A stretch of 64,000 nt of DNA from an uncultured Rhizobium sp. (lineage in GTDB: Bacteria; Bacteroidota; Bacteroidia; NS11-12g; UBA955): contig CAZBMF010000001.1 in the NCBI GenBank assembly GCA_964492925.1, positions 3,452 to 67,451 of the forward strand. The letters run 5' to 3'. A model generated the notes under the pieces. It saw only the letters and a list, made by a program, of their open reading frames with translations. It was not told where the DNA came from and made no database searches. The translations under genes were made by a program, and so were the position numbers. This document shows, piece after piece, positions 20,412-31,028 of the stretch; within the stretch, counting starts at the first letter, position 1; each line of letters opens with the position of its first letter.

Positions 20412-21542
20412 ATGTTGCATTCTATTCCCATGGTGGATCTTAAAGCCCAGTATCGTCGCTTAAAAGGCGAATTGGATGCTGCTGTTTTAGATGCTATGGC
20501 GAATGCAGATTACATTCAAGGAAATGCGGTTAAATTGTTTGAAAAAGAACTGGCAGAAACCTTAAATGTAAAGCATGTTATTTCTTGTGCGAACGGCACC
20601 GACGCCCTTCAAATTGCCTTTATGGCATTAAATTTACCAAAGGGGTCGGAAGTGATTATCCCAGCATTTGCCTATGCTGCATTAGCTGAAGTATTGCATT
20701 TGTTAAATTTGGTGCCAGTGTATGTGGATGTAGATTCTGAGGGATATTTGATGCGCGTAGATCATTTAGAATCCCTAATTACTCCCAAAACGAAAGCCAT
20801 TGCTCCAGTTCATCTCTTTGGGGAGTGCGTGAATATGATGCCCCTCTTGAATTTGGCAGAAAAACATCAATTATTTGTGGTTGAGGATACCGCTCAAGCT
20901 ATTGGTGCTATGTATTGTGGAGACGGGGTGTTTGGATTTGCTGGAACATTGGGTCATATAGGAACAACTTCTTTTTTCCCGAGTAAAAATTTGGGATGTT
21001 TTGGAGATGGTGGTGCTATTTTCACCAACAGTGATGATTTGGCAGTAAAAATGCGAATGATTGCAAATCATGGCCAATCTCAAAAATACATTCATGATGT
21101 GGTGGGGTTAAATTCTCGTTTAGATACCCTTCAAGCGAGTGTTTTAAGGGTAAAATTAAATCATTTGAAAACATTTACTGAGGCTAGGCAAAAAATAGCA
21201 CAACGATATATGGATGCTTTTGCAGATCTCCAAGGAGTTTTTGTCCCTCAAAAAACACAATATGCAACACATGTATACCACCAGTTTACCATTAAATTGG
21301 AGTCGGAAACTTTGCGCGATGGTTTAAAATCATACTTAAATGGAGAAGGAATCTCTACAATGGTATATTATTTGCTACCATTACATAAGCAAAAGGCATA
21401 CTCTACCCAAGATGTATTACCTTTGTCGGAGGATTTGTGTAAGCGGGTTTTAAGTTTGCCAATTTGTCCGGAATTAACATTAGAAAATCAAGAATTAATC
21501 ATTCAAAAAGTAAAATATTTTATTCAAAACAATAACAAATAA
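20412..21542 (+). CDS. DegT/DnrJ/EryC1/StrS-family PLP-dependent sugar aminotransferase
   Basis: 376 aa. 'CANGTDAL' and the PLP-lysine context 'TTSFFPSKNLGCFGDGGAIFTN' (Lys present). Confidence 0.85.
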   Translation: MLHSIPMVDLKAQYRRLKGELDAAVLDAMANADYIQGNAVKLFEKELAETLNVKHVISCANGTDALQIAFMALNLPKGSEVIIPAFAYAALAEVLHLLNLVPVYVDVDSEGYLMRVDHLESLITPKTKAIAPVHLFGECVNMMPLLNLAEKHQLFVVEDTAQAIGAMYCGDGVFGFAGTLGHIGTTSFFPSKNLGCFGDGGAIFTNSDDLAVKMRMIANHGQSQKYIHDVVGLNSRLDTLQASVLRVKLNHLKTFTEARQKIAQRYMDAFADLQGVFVPQKTQYATHVYHQFTIKLESETLRDGLKSYLNGEGISTMVYYLLPLHKQKAYSTQDVLPLSEDLCKRVLSLPICPELTLENQELIIQKVKYFIQNNNK

Positions 21543-21545
21543 ATA

Positions 21546-22853
21546 ATGAAAATAGCTGTAGTTGGAACTGGTTACGTAGGTTTGGTAAGTGGAACATGTT
21601 TCGCTGAAACTGGTAATGATGTAATTTGTGTAGACATTGATCAAAGCAAAGTTGATCGGTTGAGCAATGGTCAAATTACCATTTTTGAACCAGGTCTAGA
21701 GGTATTGTTTAAACGTAATTTAAAAGAAGGGCGTTTGAAATTTACAACCAATTTGGAAGAGGCAATTAAAGATAGCTTGGTTATCTTTTTGGCCTTACCA
21801 ACACCTCCAGGTGAGGATGGATCAGCCGATTTGCGCTATGTTTTAGGTGTGGCTGATCATTTGGGTAAAATCATGACAGGTTACAAGGTTATTGTAGATA
21901 AAAGCACAGTGCCTGTTGGAACTGCCGACAAAGTGCATGCTGCAATTGCGGCGAACTATAAAGGTGAATTTGACGTTGTTTCAAACCCTGAATTTTTGCG
22001 TGAAGGGGTTGCTGTAGACGATTTCATGAAACCTGATAGGGTTGTCATTGGAGCGGCTTCTGCTAGAGCGTTTGAAGTGATGGATGAGCTTTATGCTCCT
22101 TATGTGCGTCAAGGCAATCCTGTGATGCACATGGATACCCGCAGTGCTGAGTTAACAAAATATGCTGCAAACAGCTTCTTGGCAACAAAAATTTCATTCA
22201 TGAATGAAATTGCACGGTTGTGTGAATTGTTGGGTGCCGATGTTGACATGGTGAGAAAAGGTGTAGGTAGCGATGACAGAATTGGAAAAAGATTTTTATT
22301 CCCAGGAATTGGATATGGTGGAAGTTGTTTCCCGAAGGATGTGAAAGCGCTGGTGCATAGTGCGTCGGAGGTGAATTATGATTTCAAAATTTTGAAAGCC
22401 GTTGAAGATGTGAATGCAGATCAAAAGAAAGCTTTGTTGCCTAAAATTGATCAACATTTTGGTAGCATTGCCGGTAAAAAAGTAGCATTATGGGGATTGG
22501 CTTTTAAACCTAACACCGATGATATTCGTGAAGCTCCAGCTTTGGAAATGATTGATGCCATCATGGAAAGAGGTGCCACTGTTTCTTGCTATGATCCAGA
22601 AGCAATGCCAAATGTGAAGCAAATTCTTGGCGATAAAGTGGCATTTTGTGAAACCAGTTACGCCGCTTTAGAAGGTGCTGATTTCTTAATTATTGCCACA
22701 GAATGGCCAGAATTTAGAACCCCTGATTTCGATAAAATTGCTGGCTTATTGAGTGAAAAGGTTATCTTTGACGGAAGAAACTTATTTGACCTTGAGGTAG
22801 TTCGTAAACATGGGTTTACTTACTATAGCATTGGTAGACAAGATATTAAATGA
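21546..22853 (+). CDS. ugd: UDP-glucose 6-dehydrogenase
   Basis: Rossmann '[16 protein letters not shown]' and catalytic Cys context '[11 protein letters not shown]'. Confidence 0.9.
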   Translation: MKIAVVGTGYVGLVSGTCFAETGNDVICVDIDQSKVDRLSNGQITIFEPGLEVLFKRNLKEGRLKFTTNLEEAIKDSLVIFLALPTPPGEDGSADLRYVLGVADHLGKIMTGYKVIVDKSTVPVGTADKVHAAIAANYKGEFDVVSNPEFLREGVAVDDFMKPDRVVIGAASARAFEVMDELYAPYVRQGNPVMHMDTRSAELTKYAANSFLATKISFMNEIARLCELLGADVDMVRKGVGSDDRIGKRFLFPGIGYGGSCFPKDVKALVHSASEVNYDFKILKAVEDVNADQKKALLPKIDQHFGSIAGKKVALWGLAFKPNTDDIREAPALEMIDAIMERGATVSCYDPEAMPNVKQILGDKVAFCETSYAALEGADFLIIATEWPEFRTPDFDKIAGLLSEKVIFDGRNLFDLEVVRKHGFTYYSIGRQDIK

Positions 22854-23833
22854 AAAGAGAACGCGTTTTAATCACTGGTGCAGCTGGTTTTTTAGGAAGC
22901 CATCTTTGCGATAGATTTATCAAAGAAGGTTATCATGTTATTGGGATGGACAATCTCATAACAGGTGATTTAAGAAATATTGAACACTTATTTCAATTGG
23001 AACAATTTGAATTTTACAACCACGACGTTAGTAAATACGTTCACGTTCCAGGTGAAATTAAATATATTCTGCATTTTGCCTCACCGGCAAGTCCTATTGA
23101 TTACCTGAAAATTCCGATTCAAACTTTGAAAGTGGGTTCTTTGGGTACTCACAATCTTTTGGGTTTGGCGATGGCTAAAAAGGCAAGAATTTTGGTTGCA
23201 AGTACCAGCGAAGTTTATGGAGATCCAACCGTACATCCTCAAACCGAAGATTATTGGGGAAATGTAAATCCTGTTGGTCCTCGCGGCGTTTATGATGAAG
23301 CCAAAAGATTTCAAGAAGCCATCACTATGGCTTACCATACATACCATGGTTTAGAAACTAGAATCGTACGTATTTTCAACACTTATGGACCTAGAATGCG
23401 TCTGAATGATGGTAGGGTTTTGCCAGCTTTCATGGGGCAAGCTTTAAGGGGAGAAGATCTCACTGTATTTGGTGATGGTAGTCAAACCAGAAGTTTTTGT
23501 TATGTAGATGATTTGGTTGAGGGTATTTATCGTTTGTTGATGAGTGATTGTGCTGATCCAGTGAACGTAGGTAATCCTTCGGAAATTACCATTGCACAAT
23601 TTGCTGAAGAAATCATCAAATTGACTGGGACAGATCAAAAGGTTATTTATCATCCATTACCAACGGACGATCCAAAACAACGTCAACCGAATATTACCAA
23701 AGCAAGAGAGATTTTGGGATGGGAACCTAAAGTTGAAAGAGCGGAGGGTTTGAAAATAACTTGGGATTATTTTAAATCATTGCCAACAGAAAGACTTTAC
23801 GAGGATTCACATCATAGAGAATTTAAATCATAA
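22850..23833 (+). CDS. UDP-glucuronate decarboxylase (UDP-xylose synthase), extended SDR
   Basis: '[16 protein letters not shown]', '[10 protein letters not shown]', the 'YDEAKR' YxxxK motif and 'IFNTYGPRM' are typical of UXS/ArnA-decarboxylase-like enzymes. 4-nt overlap with ugd. Confidence 0.85.
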   Translation: MKRERVLITGAAGFLGSHLCDRFIKEGYHVIGMDNLITGDLRNIEHLFQLEQFEFYNHDVSKYVHVPGEIKYILHFASPASPIDYLKIPIQTLKVGSLGTHNLLGLAMAKKARILVASTSEVYGDPTVHPQTEDYWGNVNPVGPRGVYDEAKRFQEAITMAYHTYHGLETRIVRIFNTYGPRMRLNDGRVLPAFMGQALRGEDLTVFGDGSQTRSFCYVDDLVEGIYRLLMSDCADPVNVGNPSEITIAQFAEEIIKLTGTDQKVIYHPLPTDDPKQRQPNITKAREILGWEPKVERAEGLKITWDYFKSLPTERLYEDSHHREFKS

Positions 23834-23837
23834 ATAA

Positions 23838-23864
23838 AAAAAGGCTGAAAAGCCTTTTTTTATT
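23838..23864 (+). terminator. Rho-independent terminator
   Basis: aaaaaggct-gaaa-agccttttttt hairpin plus a U-tract directly after the UXS stop. Confidence 0.65.
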
Positions 23865-23917
23865 TTCTTTACTTTTTCATAACAATATTTCTTTAGAATA
23901 GACGTTTATAAAAATTC

Positions 23918-26746
23918 ATGATTAGAAAATTACCCTTAATTTTCATTTTACTATTTTTTTCGGTTTGTACATCTTATGCTCAATCGAGAAAAATTACAGG
24001 AACCGTTATTGATTCATTTAATAACCGCTTACTTGAAAATGCTGTTGTAATGGCTATCAATCCTCAAGATAGTCTGTTGATTCAATACACACGGTCTAAG
24101 TCCAACGGTACATTTGAGTTGAATAACATCCAAATTGATTCGGTAAAAATTCATATTTCGTATCCTGGTTATGCTGATTTTATTGAACCCGCGAATTTGA
24201 AAGGTACCGACAAAGATTTGGGGATGGTGAATTTTATTCAGTTGACCCAACTTATTGATGCTGTTTTAATTCGAGCACAAGGGGGTAAAATGAAGTTCAA
24301 AGGTGACACTTTGGTCTATTTGGCAGATAGTTTTAAAACCAAAGCAAATGCCAACGTAGAAGATTTATTAAAGAAATTGCCAGGCTTACAAGTAAACCGT
24401 AATGGGGAAATTACTGCGCAAGGGAAAAAAGTGGAACGTGTGCTGGTTGATGGTGAGGAGTTTTTTGGGGATGATCCAAGTGTTGCTACAAAGAATCTCG
24501 ATGCAAAATCTGTGAAAGAGGTTACAGTTTACGATGCTCAATCTGAAGAAGCCAAGCGAACAGGAGATAACAACGCCGAAAAAGTTAAAACGCTGGATAT
24601 TAAACTTAAGGATGACGCGAAGAAGGGATATTTTGGCAAGTTTACAGTAGCCAATAGCGTTAATTTGTTGAATCAAGATTCAAGAAATTTATATGAACAA
24701 AGGGCTTTGTTCAGTAGCTTTAAGGATAAAAGGAAGTTTAGTTTGTTTGGACTACGTGGAAACACAGAAAATGTTGGAATGAGTTGGTCTGAAACCAATC
24801 AATTTGGAGAAGGTTCAAATTCATATTTTTCTGATGGTACATTTTATTCATCCTATTCAAGTGATGATATGGGATATCAAGAGAACTCTGGACTACCCCA
24901 ATCAATTAACCTTGGTACATTGTATTCAAATCAATGGAATAAACATAAATTGAATCTGAATGCTACATACAAGGAATTGGATTTGTATAATTTAAGCACA
25001 AGCAAAAAAATCCAGTTACTTGAAAATAAAGAGTTGTGGAATTATCAAATAAATACCGATACGAATAAAAGATATCAATATCGTGCATCCGCAAAATGGG
25101 AGTTTCAAATGGATTCCATGAATCAACTTATTCTGAATGCTCAAGGTACTTTAGGTGGAAGTCGGCAATTTTCTTTGAATCAAAATAATTCAAGGATCAA
25201 TCTCGATACGTTAAACAAACAGTTTCGTGACGGGCTTGATTCAAATTTAAGTTACAATGTGAATTTGGATTTAAAATACAGTCATAAATTCATGAAAGCA
25301 GGTAGAAACTTTACTGTTACATCCGCTTATTCAAACAATAAAACAGTTGGAAACAATGCTATTATTTCAAACAATTATTTGAAAAATCCTATTGGATTTA
25401 ACGAGTTTAACCTTGACCAATTACGTTCAAATAATAGCCGTTCGGTCATTTATTCATCAACATTGAATTTTGTAGAACCCATCAATAAGAATTTTGATAT
25501 TTTAAGTGGGGTAGAGTACTCTAATTCCCAACAATGGAATACGTTAAATGTATTTAATAGGGAAGGCGTAATTTCAAAAATAGATTCATTGGGAAATGAA
25601 TATATGTTAGGCCAATCCAAATTTAATGGAAGTTTAGGATTGCAATTTCACAGAAAAAAATTCAATCTTAGTGTTGGTTTAAAACCTCAAATTTCAACCA
25701 TTCTTCAAAGTGAGAACATCAAAAACTTGCAACTAGATAAAACCTATAAGGCAATTCTACCCAACATGAAATTTGGATGGGGATTTTCTAAACTGGGTTA
25801 TATATCGTTGAATTATAATGCAAGGGTAGTGCTGCCAACTGCAACGCAACTTCAACCGATTTTTAACAATTCAAATCCTCTGTATGTTAATTTAGGAAAT
25901 GCGGCATTGGGACAAAGTGTTTCTCACAATTTCCAAATGATGTACAGAGATGGAAATTTACTCAAGCAAACTTGGTACTATTTGAGTGGGAATTATTCCT
26001 TTTTTGCAACAAACTTTATTAATGCAACCGAAATTGATAGCCTTGGGAGAACCATTTCTAAAACGGAAATGGGGGCTAACAATTCAAATATGAGTTTTTA
26101 CGGAAATATCAGTAAGGGAATTAAAGGTACTCCAATTGAATGTTCATTGGGATTAAACTATTACAGGAATAACTCCCAAATCCTTCAAAATGGAAATCTT
26201 GGAGAGAATTTAAGCAGCAGCATTAACATCAGTTCAAGTGTTTATTTAGATCTTGGGGATGTATTCAACGCGGATATTGATTACGATTTAAATTACAATC
26301 AAAATAGCAGCTCTTTTTATAAAAATTTCACCAATAATAACTGGGTACAAAGTTTGAGTGTTGGTTTCAATTTGGGGCCAATTAACAAAACAACCTTTTC
26401 TGCAAAACAAGAAAAGGATGAGAACAACGGTTGGTCGTTGTCGGTTGATTATGAAGCCAATTTTAGGCAACAAACCACAATTTATAGTGTGCCAAACAAC
26501 AAACTCATCAATGGTTCTTTGAGCTATACACATAAAAAGAAGCGCGAATATATTTTTAGTCTAAAAGTCAATGATTTGTTGAATCAGAATATTAATTACA
26601 GCAGATATGTTGTAGGAAATCAAATCTATGAGAATACAAATACCATTTTCAAGCGTTATTTTTTATTAGAATTTGTATACAAATTCAAGAACAAACCTAA
26701 ATCTAGCAATGCCAATGACAACAATGATCTTTCAACCGATAAATAA
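23918..26746 (+). CDS. Outer-membrane beta-barrel protein with an N-terminal carboxypeptidase-regulatory-like domain (TonB-dependent-receptor-like)
   Basis: 942 aa. Signal peptide. 'ITGTVIDSFNNRLLENAVV' CarbopepD_reg-like beta-sandwich. Plug-like 'DAVLIRAQGGKMKFKGDTLVY...VKEVTVYD'. Asn/Ser/Tyr-rich beta-strand body. Confidence 0.7.
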   Translation: MIRKLPLIFILLFFSVCTSYAQSRKITGTVIDSFNNRLLENAVVMAINPQDSLLIQYTRSKSNGTFELNNIQIDSVKIHISYPGYADFIEPANLKGTDKDLGMVNFIQLTQLIDAVLIRAQGGKMKFKGDTLVYLADSFKTKANANVEDLLKKLPGLQVNRNGEITAQGKKVERVLVDGEEFFGDDPSVATKNLDAKSVKEVTVYDAQSEEAKRTGDNNAEKVKTLDIKLKDDAKKGYFGKFTVANSVNLLNQDSRNLYEQRALFSSFKDKRKFSLFGLRGNTENVGMSWSETNQFGEGSNSYFSDGTFYSSYSSDDMGYQENSGLPQSINLGTLYSNQWNKHKLNLNATYKELDLYNLSTSKKIQLLENKELWNYQINTDTNKRYQYRASAKWEFQMDSMNQLILNAQGTLGGSRQFSLNQNNSRINLDTLNKQFRDGLDSNLSYNVNLDLKYSHKFMKAGRNFTVTSAYSNNKTVGNNAIISNNYLKNPIGFNEFNLDQLRSNNSRSVIYSSTLNFVEPINKNFDILSGVEYSNSQQWNTLNVFNREGVISKIDSLGNEYMLGQSKFNGSLGLQFHRKKFNLSVGLKPQISTILQSENIKNLQLDKTYKAILPNMKFGWGFSKLGYISLNYNARVVLPTATQLQPIFNNSNPLYVNLGNAALGQSVSHNFQMMYRDGNLLKQTWYYLSGNYSFFATNFINATEIDSLGRTISKTEMGANNSNMSFYGNISKGIKGTPIECSLGLNYYRNNSQILQNGNLGENLSSSINISSSVYLDLGDVFNADIDYDLNYNQNSSSFYKNFTNNNWVQSLSVGFNLGPINKTTFSAKQEKDENNGWSLSVDYEANFRQQTTIYSVPNNKLINGSLSYTHKKKREYIFSLKVNDLLNQNINYSRYVVGNQIYENTNTIFKRYFLLEFVYKFKNKPKSSNANDNNDLSTDK

Positions 26747-26750
26747 GAAA

Positions 26751-27488
26751 ATGAGATTGTTTTTGATGATTTTGTTTGTAGCGGTAATGCCGCAGTGTTT
26801 AGTAGCCCAGTTTCATGATTCATTTACCATTCATTACACAAAAAAGACCAATTTGCATAAACAGTTGGGAAATGATGCTTGGACTGAACAAATCAAAAAG
26901 AATATTCCAAAATTTGTGAATGATCATTTTATTTTAACATATAAAAATGGAATTTCATTTTATAAAGGAATTGAAAATCCGGAGGATGAAAATTCTAAAA
27001 TTCCAGAATGGATTCATAGCGGAGTTGCGGGGTTTGAAATAATTCAATTTAAAGATTCATTTAAATCTAGGAAGGAATATTTAGAAATGAGATTTCAAAT
27101 AATTGATACATTATTCAATTTAAATTGGAAAATATTTCCAAATGAACGCAGAACTATCGCTGGATTTAGTTGTAGGAAAGCGGTGGCAAAATTTAATGAT
27201 TCAATTCTAATTTATGCTTTTTATGCCGAAGAATTAATGGGCTCAGTTGGTCCAGAATTGATTCATGGTTTGCCTGGAGCCATTTTAGGAATGGGAATTC
27301 CCCAGTATAATTTGACATGGTTTGCCGATAAAGTTGAATTCCATGCAAAGCAATTCCAGTCTGCATTGGTCCCTAAGAAAAAAGAAAAAAAATACTCTTT
27401 GAGTTCTTACAGAGATGAATTTAAAGGACTTTGGGGAGGTCGCTGGGATAAGCGTGCCGAGGGAGAATACTGGAAACGATTCTTTTAA
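26751..27488 (+). CDS. GLPGLI-family protein (Bacteroidota-specific, unknown function)
   Basis: Signal peptide MRLFLMILFVAVMPQCLVAQF. Motif 'IHGLPGAILGMGIP' matches the family-defining GLPGLI motif. The internal start at 26751 removes the 75-nt overlap with the upstream OMP. Confidence 0.55.
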   Translation: MRLFLMILFVAVMPQCLVAQFHDSFTIHYTKKTNLHKQLGNDAWTEQIKKNIPKFVNDHFILTYKNGISFYKGIENPEDENSKIPEWIHSGVAGFEIIQFKDSFKSRKEYLEMRFQIIDTLFNLNWKIFPNERRTIAGFSCRKAVAKFNDSILIYAFYAEELMGSVGPELIHGLPGAILGMGIPQYNLTWFADKVEFHAKQFQSALVPKKKEKKYSLSSYRDEFKGLWGGRWDKRAEGEYWKRFF

Positions 27489-28219
27489 GAAAGTAAGCCC
27501 AATTTTGAGTTATTCACAAAAATCAAATTCACAATAAACAATTGCTTATTTTTTGATTCTTGTTGGGTATAAATGTTGTAAAGCGTAAAATTATGTTTTC
27601 TTAAAAAGTCAATAATGTTTTCAATTAACGCTTGATCCATCATTTTCTCTATCAGGTTAGATTCAATCATAATTAACTGAATATTGTCTTGCAAATAGTT
27701 AGAAGATATTCCTTCTAATACTTCTTGCTCAAATCCCTCAACATCAATTTTTAATAAATCAACCGATTTTATCTGATGATCTTTAGTATAATTATGAAGA
27801 GTTTGAATTGGTACCTCTATTTGATCTACAATATTTTTACTATAGTTAGGGTTTGTGATATTATTAGGGTTTTTAAAAGAAGTTGCTCCACTGTTTACGT
27901 GTCGATTTAATTTCAATACACCCTCTTTATTTCCAACACCAATATTGTTTAATTTAAGGTTTTTTATGTGATTACAATTTTTTTGCAATTTGTCAAAAAC
28001 GCTAGGATTGGGTTCAAATGCGTGTATGCTAGATTCAGGAAATATGGAATTGAAAATTTTAACGGTATTCCCAACATTTGCTCCAACATCGAAAATGGTA
28101 TGAACATTTATATTTAAGTTTTTAACAATATATTTTAAATCGGATATTTCATTTTTAAATAATTTACGATTTAAATTGTTAATTCGAAATAAGATTGCAT
28201 TAAAGATTTTTATAAGCAT
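27485..28219 (-). CDS. FkbM-family SAM-dependent methyltransferase
   Basis: 244 aa. 'IFDVGANVGNTVKIF...IHAFEPNPSVFDKLQKN' is the FkbM-domain signature. Confidence 0.8.
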   Translation of the reverse strand: MLIKIFNAILFRINNLNRKLFKNEISDLKYIVKNLNINVHTIFDVGANVGNTVKIFNSIFPESSIHAFEPNPSVFDKLQKNCNHIKNLKLNNIGVGNKEGVLKLNRHVNSGATSFKNPNNITNPNYSKNIVDQIEVPIQTLHNYTKDHQIKSVDLLKIDVEGFEQEVLEGISSNYLQDNIQLIMIESNLIEKMMDQALIENIIDFLRKHNFTLYNIYTQQESKNKQLFIVNLIFVNNSKLGLLS

Positions 28220-28240
28220 GCCGCAAATGTAGGATTTTTT

Positions 28241-29278
28241 TTAAGATTTCAATGCCAATTGACCACAGGCTGCGTCGATATCTTTACCGCGGCTTCTGCG
28301 AACATTCACAATGAAATTTCGGGCTAATAAACCTTCAGCAAATTCATCTAATCTACTTGTTGGTTTATAATCAGCCAAAGAAATAGGATTATATTCTATA
28401 AGGTTGATTTTAGAAGGGAATTTTCTCGCGAATAAAGCCAATTCCTTTTCTTCTTCTAAACCGTCGTTAACTCCTGCAATCACTGTGTATTCAAGTGTTG
28501 GTCGGTTTCCTGTTTTTTCACACCAATAGCCAAGGGCTTCTGCCAATAATTCTAAATTATTCGTTTCATTAATTGGCATTATGGCACTTCTTTTTTCGTT
28601 GTTTGCGGAATGTAAACTCAAAGCAAGATGGGTTCTCACACCGTCATCTGCAAGTTTCTTAATCATTTTAGCAATTCCTGCTGTTGATAACGTTAATCTT
28701 GATGGACTCATGCCGAGTCCGTCAGGACTTGTAATGATAGAAACACTTCTAAGTACATTTGCATAGTTGAGTAATGGTTCACCCATACCCATATAAACAA
28801 TATTATCTAATTTTTTACCGTGGTGTTTTTCTGCCAATTCATTGATTAAAATTACCTGGTCAAAAATTTCAGCTGCGGTTAAATTACGTTCTCTTTTTAG
28901 GTATCCAGTAGCACAAAATTTACAATCTAAACTACAGCCAACTTGGCTACTCACACAAGCCGTGGTTCTGGCTCTAGATGGAATCAATACACCTTCAATT
29001 TTATTATTATCATGGAGATTAAAAACCACTTTAATGGTTCCATCCGAAGAATATTGAGAAGTTACAATTTCAGAAACATGGAAGGTGAAATTTTCAGAAA
29101 GTAATTGTCTGAGGTCTTTCGACAAATTGGTCATTTCTTCAAAACTTCGTGCCCCTTTTTGCCAAAGCCATTGCCAAATTTGTTTGGCACGAAACGATGG
29201 TTGGCCCAATTCTTTTAATGTGGTTTCCAGCTCTTTAATATCAAAATCGCGGATGTCTTTCATGGTGCCAATGCTCAT
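28241..29278 (-). CDS. rlmN: 23S rRNA/tRNA adenine-C2 methyltransferase, radical SAM
   Basis: 'SSQVGCSLDCKFCATG' CxxxCxxC radical-SAM cluster and the C-terminal 'DIDAACGQL' catalytic Cys. Confidence 0.95.
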   Translation of the reverse strand: MSIGTMKDIRDFDIKELETTLKELGQPSFRAKQIWQWLWQKGARSFEEMTNLSKDLRQLLSENFTFHVSEIVTSQYSSDGTIKVVFNLHDNNKIEGVLIPSRARTTACVSSQVGCSLDCKFCATGYLKRERNLTAAEIFDQVILINELAEKHHGKKLDNIVYMGMGEPLLNYANVLRSVSIITSPDGLGMSPSRLTLSTAGIAKMIKKLADDGVRTHLALSLHSANNEKRSAIMPINETNNLELLAEALGYWCEKTGNRPTLEYTVIAGVNDGLEEEKELALFARKFPSKINLIEYNPISLADYKPTSRLDEFAEGLLARNFIVNVRRSRGKDIDAACGQLALKS

Positions 29279-29309
29279 TATAGTTGGAAGTCGATGTCCC
29301 TCAAAAAAA

Positions 29310-30620
29310 TTATTTTTTTCTGTAGAACAAGCTAATTGGAATTCCTTTTAATGGGAATTCTTCGCGCATTTTATTTTCAATAAAGCGTGTGTAACTTTCG
29401 GCTACGTATTGCGGCAAATTACAGAAAAGTGCAAAGGCCATTCTTTTACTTGGCAATTGTGTAACGTATTTAATTTTCACAAACTTTCCTTTTCTACTTG
29501 GTGGAGGAGTATTTTCCATAATTGGCAACAAGTAATCGTTTAGTTTACGAGTCGGAATTTTTTGTGTAAGGTTATCATAAACACCAAGAATTGTTTCCAT
29601 GGTTTGGAACAAACGTTGCTTGGTTAAGGCGGATATGAAAAGGATAGGAACATCCACGAAAGGAGCAATTTGATTGTGAATGTGAGCGGTGTATTCAAGG
29701 TGGGTATTGGTTTCTTTTTCTACCAAATCCCATTTATTCACCAAAATTACAACCCCTTTTCCAAGTCTGTGGGCCATCCAAAATAAATTTTGGTCTTGAG
29801 ATTCTAATCCTTGAGTAGCATCGATAACTAAAACCACCACATCAGCATTTTCAAGTGCTCGCAATGAACGCATAACAGAGTAAAATTCAATATTTTCATT
29901 CACTTTGCTTTTTCTGCGAATACCTGCAGTGTCCACCAAAATCACTTCTTTTCCGTAGGCTTTATATACTGTATCGAGAGAATCTCTAGTTGTACCAGCG
30001 ATATCTGTTACAATGTTGCGATCTTCACCCATCAATGAATTGATAAGGCTACTTTTACCTACATTCGGTCGGCCTACAATTGCAATTCTTGGCAAATCAA
30101 GAACATGGTCATCAAGTGGTTGTTCGTCTTTTAAATACTCAACAACAGCATCTAATAACTCACCGGTACCAGACCCATTTGCAGATGAAATTTCATAAAG
30201 GGTATCAAAACCGAGTGTGTAGAATGTAGAAGTTTCCAATCTCAGCTTGTCGTTATCTACTTTATTTACACAAAGAAGGACTGGTTTTTTAGAACGGCGC
30301 AAGATTTTGGCAAATTCCTCATCAAGCGGGTTTACATCAGTTTGAACATCTACCACAAATACAATAACAGATGCTTCTTCAATTGCAATATGCACTTGAT
30401 CTCGAATTGCTGCTTCAAAAACGTCGGAAGATTGTGGCACAAAACCACCGGTATCAATTACTGTAAATTCAATTCCATTCCAATCGCTTCTGCCATAGTG
30501 ACGGTCACGAGTAACACCGCTAAAATCGTCAACAATGGCTTTTCTTTCGCCAGTAAGTCGATTAAACAAGGTACTTTTTCCAACATTCGGACGTCCAACA
30601 ATGGCAACAATTCTACTCAT
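29310..30620 (-). CDS. der: Ribosome biogenesis GTPase Der (EngA), tandem GTPase domains
   Basis: Two G-domains, each with 'GRPNVGKS' P-loops and 'DTAG/DTGG' motifs. C-terminal KH-like domain. Confidence 0.95.
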   Translation of the reverse strand: MSRIVAIVGRPNVGKSTLFNRLTGERKAIVDDFSGVTRDRHYGRSDWNGIEFTVIDTGGFVPQSSDVFEAAIRDQVHIAIEEASVIVFVVDVQTDVNPLDEEFAKILRRSKKPVLLCVNKVDNDKLRLETSTFYTLGFDTLYEISSANGSGTGELLDAVVEYLKDEQPLDDHVLDLPRIAIVGRPNVGKSSLINSLMGEDRNIVTDIAGTTRDSLDTVYKAYGKEVILVDTAGIRRKSKVNENIEFYSVMRSLRALENADVVVLVIDATQGLESQDQNLFWMAHRLGKGVVILVNKWDLVEKETNTHLEYTAHIHNQIAPFVDVPILFISALTKQRLFQTMETILGVYDNLTQKIPTRKLNDYLLPIMENTPPPSRKGKFVKIKYVTQLPSKRMAFALFCNLPQYVAESYTRFIENKMREEFPLKGIPISLFYRKK

Positions 30621-30897
30621 AACTGCAAAGATAAGGCAATCAACTGAGTTTTAAGGAAGATATCGAAGAGAAGCAGTCAAAACCCGATTAAATATTTGCA
30701 AAATTGAAAAAATTGTTAGTTTTTGAGGGATGGAAAATCGTTTAAACAACCAATATTAGATTTTATTAGTATTTTTAAGTCTCTAATATGTCTAAACATA
30801 AGGTCAGTGGCTGAATTGCGGTAAAATCGGTGGCATGAAATTTGTATTTTTGCGTGGTACTTAATGAATTTAGTATCAATTTTCAATAATTGGGCAT

Positions 30898-30912
30898 TGA
30901 ATTAAATTCAAA
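30898..30912. promoter_or_regulatory. Perfect 15-bp palindrome TTGAATTAAATTCAA in the 408-bp leader upstream of wza (candidate operator)
   Basis: Read directly in the sequence. Lies about 115 bp upstream of the wza GTG start. AT-rich, so chance occurrence is plausible. Confidence 0.2.
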
Positions 30913-31028
30913 ACTTTAACTATTAATTGGTTACAAAAACTTTTATGTAGCTGAAGTGGCGAAGCTTTGAATAAAAATATACATTATGCCACTATATTTA
31001 ACAGAAAAAGTAGTTAATTTGTTTAGAA

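Noticed and set aside
30621-31028. Phase-variable invertible promoter, as in Bacteroides CPS loci
   Set aside because: I found no pair of longer inverted repeats flanking a promoter-sized segment. Only a short internal palindrome and scattered 5-6 bp repeats.
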